DNA of 64,000 nucleotides from Pseudomonadota bacterium (GTDB lineage Bacteria; Bdellovibrionota_C; UBA2361; OMII01): NCBI GenBank assembly GCA_038134595.1, contig JAYPVM010000002.1, positions 200,565 to 264,564 of the forward strand. The letters are read 5' to 3'. Of this stretch, positions 30,181 through 39,139 are shown one piece after another (positions within the stretch are counted from its first letter, which is position 1; each line of letters begins with the position of its first letter). A program made the position numbers and the translations under genes. Below the pieces are notes generated by a model. That model was not told where the DNA came from. It ran no database searches and saw only the letters and a program-made list of their open reading frames with translations.

Positions 30181-31841
30181 GTTCCATCTCCGTGAAGTTC
30201 TAGAATATGGTCGTGGAACTGACCTAAGTCGTCGGCATCTCCAGTGCTCACGAATCGATTGACGAAATTTGGGAGCGCTTTATAAAGCGAACGAGCTATC
30301 GACTGGTCCATTGCTGTAACCGATTCGTCCAAAAAGACGAATTTTGGCTTCGCTAGTAACAGGCGTGCGAATGCGAGCCGTTGTTGCTCGCCCGTACCCA
30401 GGACGTTCGGCCAATCGAGAACTGCGTTTAATCCACCGACTCGGTGGTACATTTCCAGAAGGCGAACCTGTTCCAAAATGGCAACAAGTTCCGAATCGAG
30501 GAACGCCTTTCGTTGAATCCCATATAGAAGCTGCGAACGAAGCGTTCCCAGAATCATGTAGGGCCGTTGAGGAAGAAAGAAGGCTTGGTGTAGATCGGGC
30601 GTAGTTATAGTGCCGTTACCACTAGTCCATAGACCGGCTATGGCTCTAAGGATAGAGCTTTTACCGCTACCGCTTGGGCCGGTAATAAGCAATGAATTTT
30701 GGCTCATGGTAAAGGTCAGGTCACGAATAAGAACCTGCTCTCGCCGCGGAGTCCAGATCGACACATTCTTAAAGGAGAGATGATCTCCCGACCTTATTTC
30801 TATGCCAAGCTTGGAGAATTCCGGTTGAGCGCTTTGGTGGAGGGCCTCTGAAAACGAGCCGAGACGGTTAATGGTGGCAGCGAATACGCTAAGTGTGCTG
30901 AAGTGGTTGACTACTATTGAGAGAGCGTTGATAACAAAACTAAAGGCAACGCCGGCCTGTATTACCACACCGATATCTACGTCACCTTTGAAAAAGAGAG
31001 GAGCAACGATGATTGTGGGTAAGATGGTAAGAACGTAATTGTATGGCACCGTAAAAAACTGTAAATTTCTATTCCAGTTTATCACTTTAAGCAGATTGGC
31101 GAGGGCTACTTTTAGTCGTTGACGGGTTCGAGTAAATTCGTGTCTCTCGTGGCCGTGAAATGCAATTGATTCAGCACTGTCTCGGACATTAATAAGTTTG
31201 TAACGATAGTCAGCCTCTTTCTTAAATTGGGCGAAATTTAAACCTATCAAGGGTCGTCCAAGTAGCGACGTCACTAGCGATCCTATCGCTGCATATCCGA
31301 TGGCCACTACTAGAAGAAGCCAGTAAATAGAATAGAGTAGGGAAATGTAGAGGAGTAGTTGTACAGTTGAGTTGAAGGCGACAAGAAAAAACATGACGGT
31401 CTCATCGCAAAATCGAGCAATATCTTCTTCTATACGTTGATCTGGATTGTCGATTTTACTATCGAGATTTACTCGGTAATACGCGCGCTCTTGAAAGTAC
31501 TTTCGTAGGATTCTGTGACTCAACCATCGGCGCCACATGAGTTTTAATCGTGCTTCGGAGTATGAATAAAATACTACTACAGGTGTTGCGATAACAAACG
31601 CCATCAGATATTCAAAGAGCTTCCATTGGAAAAGCTGATGGTCCTTGGTCTGCAGAGCGTTCATAAAGTCTCGCGCAATGTAACTAATCATATACCCGAT
31701 ATAATTACTTAAGAGAGACAATCCTAAAATGAGCGCGACAAGACCGTATGCCCGATATTTTATGTCAGAGCGAAAAAGCGGAAGGGCTAAAAGAAAAAAC
31801 CGTTTAACAACATTTTTGTCAAAATGGATGGTGTTAGACAT
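30165..31841 (-). CDS. ABC transporter fused TMD-NBD, YddA/BacA-like (ABCD type)
   Basis: DNPDQRI, EADYRY, GPSGSGKSS, FLPQRPY, GEQQRLAFAR, FLDE. Confidence 0.9.
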   Translation of the reverse strand: MSNTIHFDKNVVKRFFLLALPLFRSDIKYRAYGLVALILGLSLLSNYIGYMISYIARDFMNALQTKDHQLFQWKLFEYLMAFVIATPVVVFYSYSEARLKLMWRRWLSHRILRKYFQERAYYRVNLDSKIDNPDQRIEEDIARFCDETVMFFLVAFNSTVQLLLYISLLYSIYWLLLVVAIGYAAIGSLVTSLLGRPLIGLNFAQFKKEADYRYKLINVRDSAESIAFHGHERHEFTRTRQRLKVALANLLKVINWNRNLQFFTVPYNYVLTILPTIIVAPLFFKGDVDIGVVIQAGVAFSFVINALSIVVNHFSTLSVFAATINRLGSFSEALHQSAQPEFSKLGIEIRSGDHLSFKNVSIWTPRREQVLIRDLTFTMSQNSLLITGPSGSGKSSILRAIAGLWTSGNGTITTPDLHQAFFLPQRPYMILGTLRSQLLYGIQRKAFLDSELVAILEQVRLLEMYHRVGGLNAVLDWPNVLGTGEQQRLAFARLLLAKPKFVFLDESVTAMDQSIARSLYKALPNFVNRFVSTGDADDLGQFHDHILELHGDGTWRFI

Positions 31842-31882
31842 ATGTTTTTATCGTTTCCTTTTTTTACCCTGACAACACGGAG

Positions 31883-33688
31883 TTATCCGGGTGAGGCCCC
31901 TTCTCCTGATGTTACTGTTCTTTCGTAATCAGCCCAGGCTGCGGAAAATCCACGGCCAGCTGATCGAAGCTCAGGAAATGAGCCGATCTCTTCGATCCGA
32001 CCATCTCGAACATACACTACAGTATCAAAGAAGGGCACAAGCGCAAGGCGATGGCACGCTGTAATGATCGTTCTATCAGCGAAGTTATGGAGGAGCCCGG
32101 TGAAAATTTGCTTCTCCGTTAATGGATCGAGGCTAGAGGTCGGCTCGTCAAGAAGTAGGATATCTTTACCTGGTACACGAAGTATCCCGCGGGCTAAGGC
32201 TAGTCGCTGCCGCTCTCCAACAGAGATATTAAGACCCGATTCTTCTAGATGGCTATCCCAGCCGTAGTGCAGTTTCTCTAAGATATGGTCGATTTTGCAA
32301 ATCTCGACAGCTTTTTGCATCTCTGATTCATCATATTGCTGTTCGAACGCAAGGTTGTAGCGTAGTGTTTCCGAGAATATTTCTGGTTCTTGCGGAATTA
32401 GAAGGCTAATTCTCGCTATATCGTCGAGTGTGATATCGTTAGCGTCATCGACAATCGCGGTACCCTGTTCGATTGCAAGCATCCCGGCAATTACCTTAAG
32501 AAGTGTAGATTTACCCCCTCCGCTCGGGCCGACGAGCGCGATCTTTTCACCCCTCCGGATAGAGATACAAACATTTTTGAGGTTTTGGAGCTCCGAATTG
32601 TACGAGAATGATATGTCTCTTAGCTCGATAGAAGTCCAAGACTCGGTTAGGTTTGCCGATAAGCGAGGAGCAGCCAGTGCGCCAGACTGATTGAGAACCG
32701 ATGATGCATCATCATACGCAGTCGCTGCTTCGATTATACCTCCGTAGTAACCAGTAAAAGAGCCAATGGCTGCAAAAATCCTGTCGAGATAATTAAGCAG
32801 GACATAAACGCTCGCAATATCAAAAGCGGAGGAGTTCCCGTGTTGATTGTGAAAGTAGATGTAAAGCGATGCTCCCATCACCAGACTATAACCGACTGCT
32901 ATGGTTCCCCACTTTAGCTCCTGATATTTCCAGATCTTCCTCGATAAACGAAATCCGGCGTCTCTTTGGGCTGAGAGGTAGCCGAGGGCGGGTTTCTCTA
33001 GATGGAGGGTTTTTACAGTTATTATATTTGATAGGTAATCTACGCAGGTGCGGTTTAGTTTGTCATAGAAGCGATTGTTCTTGCGAATGTTTTTCGTTAA
33101 ACGTGCGTTAAACAATATCATTACGAGTACGGTCAGGCATCCCATCACTAAGACAGTTGCCGCAACCTCGGCGTCAAGTGCAAAGATGAGAAGCGTGGCT
33201 GCAAAAAACTTCATTGCACCGTCGAGAATCTGCCAAACGTAATTCGAGACGACTGCTTCGATTGCTCCAACTGACCTGTGAAGTTTGCTCAGGCTTTCGC
33301 CGGTGTGGTGTCTAACGTGCCATTTAAGCGGAAACGATATTAGAGCTGTAAATATCTCTTCAAGCTTGTTGAATCGACACGTGTACGCAGTAGTCCCTTG
33401 ATAATATCGACCAAAGTGATGGGCAGCGGCATACAGCATTTTTAGACCAACATAGAGCGAAATGCCCTTCATGCTTTCTGATAATGAGTGAGGGGTTACA
33501 CCTTCTTTAACGAAAATCCCCAGAATCCATCCAATGGACCAAGGAATCATGAGGTCGATAGCGTAGGCTACTACATAGAGGAACATGAATAATGAAAAAC
33601 GGCCGCGATTTCCCTCCGACGAAGACCAGGACGCCTTCGTTAGGGTCAGGACGGAATCAAGAGTAGACGATGCTTTGTTTTCTTCCAT
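31883..33688 (-). CDS. ABC exporter fused TMD-NBD (type IV, MsbA-like fold)
   Basis: Multiple TM helices, GPSGGGKST, Q-loop IPQEP, ISVGERQRL, LLLDEPTSSLD, CHRL. Confidence 0.9.
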   Translation of the reverse strand: MEENKASSTLDSVLTLTKASWSSSEGNRGRFSLFMFLYVVAYAIDLMIPWSIGWILGIFVKEGVTPHSLSESMKGISLYVGLKMLYAAAHHFGRYYQGTTAYTCRFNKLEEIFTALISFPLKWHVRHHTGESLSKLHRSVGAIEAVVSNYVWQILDGAMKFFAATLLIFALDAEVAATVLVMGCLTVLVMILFNARLTKNIRKNNRFYDKLNRTCVDYLSNIITVKTLHLEKPALGYLSAQRDAGFRLSRKIWKYQELKWGTIAVGYSLVMGASLYIYFHNQHGNSSAFDIASVYVLLNYLDRIFAAIGSFTGYYGGIIEAATAYDDASSVLNQSGALAAPRLSANLTESWTSIELRDISFSYNSELQNLKNVCISIRRGEKIALVGPSGGGKSTLLKVIAGMLAIEQGTAIVDDANDITLDDIARISLLIPQEPEIFSETLRYNLAFEQQYDESEMQKAVEICKIDHILEKLHYGWDSHLEESGLNISVGERQRLALARGILRVPGKDILLLDEPTSSLDPLTEKQIFTGLLHNFADRTIITACHRLALVPFFDTVVYVRDGRIEEIGSFPELRSAGRGFSAAWADYERTVTSGEGASPG

Positions 33689-34077
33689 ATACCCCAGAAC
33701 CCTAGCAAAATTATCTCAATCTGTCTTCACTCACTGGTAATGGCCCTGCAGTAAAACACGAATATGTATAATTCTCTAAAATAGGTTCGTTAAGCAGTAA
33801 CCAACCACTTCAAGCAAACGCCTGATGCGCTGCTTTTCTGAGCACTATAACAGCAAAGAACGTTCCCAGTCCGCGGTTAGCCGTGGTTAAGAATATTAAT
33901 AACAGCACCAACCTTAGAACGATGTACTAAGGGATGTGCCTATGTTTCGTTACCGAGCGGTTCAAAAGCTTCCGAACCCGGCAAGATCGACGGGTCATTC
34001 GATGTGGTAAGATGCTGCATCATCTGTTTTGGCACCAAATAGATAAGTTAAAGTGAAGTATGTTTGAGTATTTAGGT

Positions 34078-35052
34078 TTAATGACCTAAGTCAGTCGGTG
34101 AGGTAGATGCCGTTAGGAACGAGGTGTTATTAAGAGGCAAAAATAAGAAGTCTACGAGCAGGCTTGCAGCGTTAACTACAAAGATATTGGCTACTATTAG
34201 ATGGGCGAGCTTTAGTGGCACAGGAGACAGTAGTAGCACCGTGAGTACTCCTAACAGAACGAGTAGACACATAGTAAGCAAAAATCGGCGAAATGACCGG
34301 AGGTGAAGCAGAGGTTTTAGGGCGGGAGGTTCATAGAAAGAAAGAAGGAATGTTAGGGAAAAGACACTAAGTCCAAACACTAAGTGAAGTGGGCGCAGGC
34401 GAACAGCGATGTGCGAATTGGTGCTTAAGTCTGCTTGTAGGCCCTCAAAGATATCTTGAGAGGGAAGGAGGTGGCTTCCAAGTGAAGCGATGGCACCTGA
34501 GGTTAGAAGAGCAATTAGGGCACATAAAAATACAATTGCTACTACTCGCGTGGTCCTTGATAGTGCAACGCTACGCTGATAGCCGGGCAAAAGCATCTTG
34601 GCCGTAAAGACCTCTGAGGCGAGGAGTAATGAAGTGTTGACCAAGTGAAGGGGCATAATTACAAGTCGAGATATTGATGTATCTTGATCGACATATCCCC
34701 GGATGACTAGGAGGCGGCCGATGAGTGCTTCAAGTATGGTAAAGAATAGAACGCAATAGGCCCCGATTCTGTGGAGATTGTGACAGGTTGTTACCTTTCT
34801 AGCCAATGCGCAAAGCACTAAGACAGCGACACCAAACACTGCTGTCGAATAGCGGTGGGATACTTCAATCCACGTCTTGTGCGAGGAGCCAAAAGGGATC
34901 GCCGATCCATGACACAGCGGCCAATGATCTCCGCAACCAGCTCCGGAGCCCGATATTCGGACCCATGCGCCCCACACGATTATTAAGATGGTGTAGGCAA
35001 TGAGAACCAACGTGAAACGGTGAAGTCTGAGGTGTCCAGTAGATGTAGCCAT
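34078..35052 (-). CDS. ctaA: Heme A synthase (COX15/CtaA)
   Basis: GAWVRISGSGAGCGDHWPLC, IEVSHR and three more His in TM helices. ATG 35052 is 2 nt after the HD-gene stop; the start could also be 35070. Confidence 0.8.
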   Translation of the reverse strand: MATSTGHLRLHRFTLVLIAYTILIIVWGAWVRISGSGAGCGDHWPLCHGSAIPFGSSHKTWIEVSHRYSTAVFGVAVLVLCALARKVTTCHNLHRIGAYCVLFFTILEALIGRLLVIRGYVDQDTSISRLVIMPLHLVNTSLLLASEVFTAKMLLPGYQRSVALSRTTRVVAIVFLCALIALLTSGAIASLGSHLLPSQDIFEGLQADLSTNSHIAVRLRPLHLVFGLSVFSLTFLLSFYEPPALKPLLHLRSFRRFLLTMCLLVLLGVLTVLLLSPVPLKLAHLIVANIFVVNAASLLVDFLFLPLNNTSFLTASTSPTDLGH

Positions 35053-35054
35053 GG

Positions 35055-36323
35055 TTATCGTAGTTTGCATAGCTCGGTCTTTACCTCTGCTGGAATTGCA
35101 ATCCACGTCTTTTGTGAGCTACGGGAGTCTTCCGCCATTTGTCGAAATAGAGGCTCAGCTTCACCTAATGTCTTGATTGAGCCGTCATAATTCTGAACGA
35201 GGATCGATTGCTCCCAGTCGCCAGCATGCACATCCAGTGTCGAGAGGACATGCAGGTAGTAAGTCGGATCGAGCCCGAGCCTAACCAACGAAGCCTTTGC
35301 TTGCTTTAGTAGGCTTTCTGTGTGCTTCGAGTTGTCGGTTCGGATGGTTTTAAAGAGGCGTCTTGAAATGATCCGGTCGCTTAAGTCTGCAAGAATTGGA
35401 TCGGCGCTCGAGCTCCAGCGAGCGATGTGGTACCGCCACCACGCTTCTCTCATTTGAAAAATAACGGGCAACTCAAGGTCTTCTGCCTTGTCAGCAGTCA
35501 GGACCGCGGTCATTGTACTATCGCAAAATTCAAGCTTATCTCGGATTGCCTTTGCCCGTAATACTACAGCTTTGTTTAAGGTGTCAGTAGCTAGTAGCAC
35601 GCGATGCTGATACATTTGTCGATACATTGCGTGACGCGACACGACGAAGTGCATCATGGCGTCAAGTCGGTTCTCCCTTAGCGCTAAGTGTTTATCTGGT
35701 GTGATGATGATTGAGTCGATAAGTGCGGGTATGTTGTATTTTCCGTAGCTCACTCCTGCCAGAATGCTATCAACTGTCGACCAGTTCCCTCGGTCTACGT
35801 TCCAGCCCCCTCCTGATATAAGTTGCCAAGTCCAGGGCGGTACGTCGCTGTGCTCTCCCAATATCGACGCCACTTGCTGCGCTAGTTCGGTGGAGTGCTG
35901 GTCGAGTAATGCTCTGATTGATGGGCTTTCAAGTATTACCTTTTCGGCGATGCGTTCGTGTGAATCTTTTTGTCCTGGAAACCATGTCTTGAAGGCTGTG
36001 TGGGACCCAGGGGCAAGGTGCCCAATGTCGTGAAGAAGAGCGGCGACGAGTACCGCAGTTCGGTGGTCCGCAACCTGGGATGCGTGAGCAATCATTAATT
36101 TGTCCATCGCTAGCTTCGCTAGGTATGCGACACCCAAGCAGTGACCGAATCGGGAGTGCTCTGAGAACATGTAGACCAAGCGCGTGTTGGCAGTTTGACT
36201 GATATCACGGAGTCTCTGAAACCACGGGTCGTCGATAAGTTTTAAGATAAGTCTTTCTGCCTTATCGTCTGTTGTAAACGATACTGATTGGTGAACTACG
36301 TCCGCAAATGATATTTCCGCCAC
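35055..36323 (-). CDS. HD-domain phosphohydrolase (SAMHD1/YwfO-like)
   Basis: FQRLRDISQ, EHSRFGHCLGV, ALLHDIGH, SHE, RHAMYRQMYQH. Confidence 0.88.
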   Translation of the reverse strand: MAEISFADVVHQSVSFTTDDKAERLILKLIDDPWFQRLRDISQTANTRLVYMFSEHSRFGHCLGVAYLAKLAMDKLMIAHASQVADHRTAVLVAALLHDIGHLAPGSHTAFKTWFPGQKDSHERIAEKVILESPSIRALLDQHSTELAQQVASILGEHSDVPPWTWQLISGGGWNVDRGNWSTVDSILAGVSYGKYNIPALIDSIIITPDKHLALRENRLDAMMHFVVSRHAMYRQMYQHRVLLATDTLNKAVVLRAKAIRDKLEFCDSTMTAVLTADKAEDLELPVIFQMREAWWRYHIARWSSSADPILADLSDRIISRRLFKTIRTDNSKHTESLLKQAKASLVRLGLDPTYYLHVLSTLDVHAGDWEQSILVQNYDGSIKTLGEAEPLFRQMAEDSRSSQKTWIAIPAEVKTELCKLR

Positions 36324-36340
36324 AATCTCCCCTTTATTTC

Positions 36341-37444
36341 TTATTCTCTCTCAGCCATTACGTCCTCATAGCCAACAACACTAATGCCAAAATTATCTAA
36401 TCCAGACAAGGTTCTGTGCGAGGTTGAAAGTAGCGTAATTTTCCGGACGCCCAGATCTCGAAGTATTTGGGCGCCAAGGCCGTACTCTCTCATTGTTGAT
36501 GGCTTGTTAGTACGTAGCTGGTTTAGGTTCGACTCCTTTCGTAGATAGATGAAAACCCCATAATCATGTGAAGCTATCCGTTCGAGAGACTCCCGGATTA
36601 ATCCCCGAGAATTCGATGGCCCGCCAAACAGATCAGAAAAGGGTTCCTCCACCTGCACCCTCACAGTCACAATCTTGTTAGCAAAAGAAGAACCCTTTAC
36701 GAGAGCTAGGTGCTCTGCGTTATCCAGGGTTGAGCGATAGAGGATAGCATCAAGCATGCCGCCGTGCCTCGTTGGTAGTCTTGTTGTGGATTTACGCTGA
36801 ACTAACGATTCATGTGCCAGGCGATACTGAACGATTTCGGAGATGGAAAAAGTGGGGTGTTTGGATAGTTCTGAGTGAGTGTTAGGGTTGCCTTGCAGGA
36901 TGATATCTCCATTTGCATCCAAAATATCCACAAAAAGGGCAGCATCAGAGAATGAACCTGCAACGACCAAATCTAGCACCGCTTCGGCTAAGCATGCTCG
37001 TGTAAGGGATCCGCCCGTTTTTGTTTTTACGGGGAATATGTGGCCCGGCTGCACCAAGGCCCGACGATGAGGGCTCGGTGAGCCGAGCGCTTTTATTGTC
37101 TTAACTCGGTCAGAGATGCTAATTCCAGTGGTAACACCCTCTCGTGCTTCCACTGAAGTATATTGAGTTAAACCCGGTGATGAGAGACGCGTCGGTGAGG
37201 CGTTACTACGAGACATGGGTCTTAAGTGGAATTGAGACGCCCGAGCTTCGGAAATAGAGACAAGGGGAATACCACCGGTCTCTGTAAGGATATAGTTCAG
37301 TGTATCTTCGGTGAGAGCTTCGGCTGGGCTCACGAATACGCTTCGCCCGTCTCCTAAGTCGTCTACAAGAACGGCGAGCTTTTTATCTCTAAAACTCGCA
37401 AGTCTATCTCTGATTGAGTCCATGGTGGCCGATTCCTGGCGCAT
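36341..37444 (-). CDS. RibBA-like fusion with degenerate catalytic motifs in both domains
   Basis: SVEAREGVTTGIS..DR, PGHIFP, LPTRHG, EHLALVKG, REYGLGAQILRDLGV retained; catalytic motifs altered (see findings). Confidence 0.85.
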   Translation of the reverse strand: MRQESATMDSIRDRLASFRDKKLAVLVDDLGDGRSVFVSPAEALTEDTLNYILTETGGIPLVSISEARASQFHLRPMSRSNASPTRLSSPGLTQYTSVEAREGVTTGISISDRVKTIKALGSPSPHRRALVQPGHIFPVKTKTGGSLTRACLAEAVLDLVVAGSFSDAALFVDILDANGDIILQGNPNTHSELSKHPTFSISEIVQYRLAHESLVQRKSTTRLPTRHGGMLDAILYRSTLDNAEHLALVKGSSFANKIVTVRVQVEEPFSDLFGGPSNSRGLIRESLERIASHDYGVFIYLRKESNLNQLRTNKPSTMREYGLGAQILRDLGVRKITLLSTSHRTLSGLDNFGISVVGYEDVMAERE

Positions 37445-37655
37445 CTTTTACGTCGTAAATTACAATCTTTTAGAAATTATTCCGCATTGATTGCGAGGGT
37501 TTGCGATAAGGCAACTACCTTCTGTTTAGTTACTGTACCTTCCAATCGGATAAAGATCCAGAAAGAGTAGTTTGGCTAATCGGGCTGCAAAGCACCTTCT
37601 TAGATGAGCGTAAATTCCTGTAAGTATTCATAAAAACTAATTATAAAATAGTGTT

Positions 37656-37682
37656 TAAGGAATTTGTCGTGATTGTCGAAGT
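37656..37682 (+). promoter_or_regulatory. Candidate sigma28 (FliA) promoter
   Basis: TAAG-N15-GTCGAAGT against consensus TAAA-N15-GCCGATAA, about 70 nt before ATG 37751. Confidence 0.4.
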
Positions 37683-37750
37683 CATTTATAGGTCAAGAAA
37701 GACCTCACCAGCATTTGTTGTTGAAGTTTAGTTGTAAAGGTGGTGGCAGA

Positions 37751-38275
37751 ATGGAGTCGGAAGTAAACACAGGGAGCGGACCAGAACTATCTGATAACGA
37801 GAAGAAGATAGTTAGGGCGAGGCGGACAGCCTTCGTGGCACGTTTTATAGTTCTTCGTGAGGGAAAGCGAACGCGAGCTCATAGGACAATAGAGATGATG
37901 GAGTGGGAGGATTCCACCACTGTTGAGGAGCTTGCCGAAAGATTTAGAAACGCCTTCATAAGCAATGGCGACGCTATGATGCCCGTCGATCGGGATATTC
38001 GTCGAGCTCTTGCGCATTCCTATCGCTCTCTAAAGTGTTTTATTCAGGAGTATGCTGGTCGAGCCACATTGGATTTTCTTGGTGCATTAGATGACTACGG
38101 CCGATCGAATGAGCTTCTGTTTACTGATGAGGACCAGCCCCGCTCGGGGGGGTGGCGACTTCCGGCTGAGTTAAGAAAAGCGCGAGAGGCTTCACGAAAA
38201 CAAGACCCGGAGCCTCAAACCAGCTCTTCCTCACGCGCTCGCTTTGGGCACGGATCCCCAACAAATTTGGTATAG
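37751..38275 (+). CDS. Hypothetical charged alpha-helical protein (174 aa)
   Basis: Protein-like ORF with an AAAGGTGGTGG RBS before the ATG and a downstream hairpin; no family recognised. Confidence 0.75.
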   Translation: MESEVNTGSGPELSDNEKKIVRARRTAFVARFIVLREGKRTRAHRTIEMMEWEDSTTVEELAERFRNAFISNGDAMMPVDRDIRRALAHSYRSLKCFIQEYAGRATLDFLGALDDYGRSNELLFTDEDQPRSGGWRLPAELRKAREASRKQDPEPQTSSSSRARFGHGSPTNLV

Positions 38276-38288
38276 ACTTATAGAGGAA

Positions 38289-38330
38289 AGCACCGCTCTT
38301 CCCCGCAAACCTTGGGGGAAGATCGGTGCT
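38289..38330. terminator. Hairpin between convergent genes
   Basis: AGCACCG-C-TCTTCCCC ... GGGGAAGA-T-CGGTGCT stem. Confidence 0.6.
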
Positions 38331-38402
38331 ATTGCTAGTTGTCGGCCCGTTAACGGTTCTCTCGAAAGGAGTGCATAGAAGGCCTGACTTCGTATTGCTT
38401 CC

Positions 38403-38951
38403 CTAATACCGTGCGTTTCCTGTAGGAATTTGACCGGATCCGTCTAGAGCAAAGTGCACCCTTCTGTTAGCCGCGTAGGCGCCCTCGTCATGGCCCATAT
38501 CAAGAGGTATTTCCTCTCCGTAACTTATAGTAGATATCTGAGATGATGGAATTCCCAAAGCCGTTAGCATGGCTTTTACTGCGCGCGCTCTTTCAGCACC
38601 AAGAGCCATGTTATACTCAACCGTACCTCTCTCATCACAGTGGCCTTCAAGAATAACCTTCAGAGAAGGGTTGTCTGAAAGAAGCTTTGCATTGTTTTCT
38701 AGGTCGGTCCTAGCCATGCCTTCAATTGCATACGAGTCAAAGTTAAATCGAATATCTTGAAACATACCGTCCCCTTCCGCCGTAGGGATATTTCCCGATC
38801 CGAATCTTTGAGCATGGTTGGCTGCTATTTCAGACTCTGAGAGATTGCCATCGCCTTCGCCAGACCCTGAACTAAACATTGAACATCCAGAAACTGCGAG
38901 TAAAACGCAGAGCGAAGAAGAAAGTATGAAAGGTTGAAGTTTTTTCATCAT
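38403..38951 (-). CDS. pal: Peptidoglycan-associated lipoprotein Pal
   Basis: Lipobox VSG-C; FNFDS, EGHCDERGTVEYNMALGAERA, ISYGEE, ANRRV. Confidence 0.9.
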   Translation of the reverse strand: MMKKLQPFILSSSLCVLLAVSGCSMFSSGSGEGDGNLSESEIAANHAQRFGSGNIPTAEGDGMFQDIRFNFDSYAIEGMARTDLENNAKLLSDNPSLKVILEGHCDERGTVEYNMALGAERARAVKAMLTALGIPSSQISTISYGEEIPLDMGHDEGAYAANRRVHFALDGSGQIPTGNARY

Positions 38952-39139
38952 AACGCCTTTAAACACGGTTACTACCACCATTTGGTACAAATGATTGCAT
39001 CACCCATTCTAGAGCGCAACTCCAGATATAGCTGATTGTGGTAATAATTAGTGGGATGGTAAGAGAGTTTTTTAATATGGATAAAGCTCCCAATAATTGG
39101 TTTAGTATAGAGGCCATTTCTAATGTCGATGGGAGGTAA

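Noticed and set aside
33690..34070. Possible cobalamin riboswitch before the BacA-like ABC operon
   Set aside because: Only a CTGGGAA-like word is present; no AGGGAA...GGTG core or B12 box.
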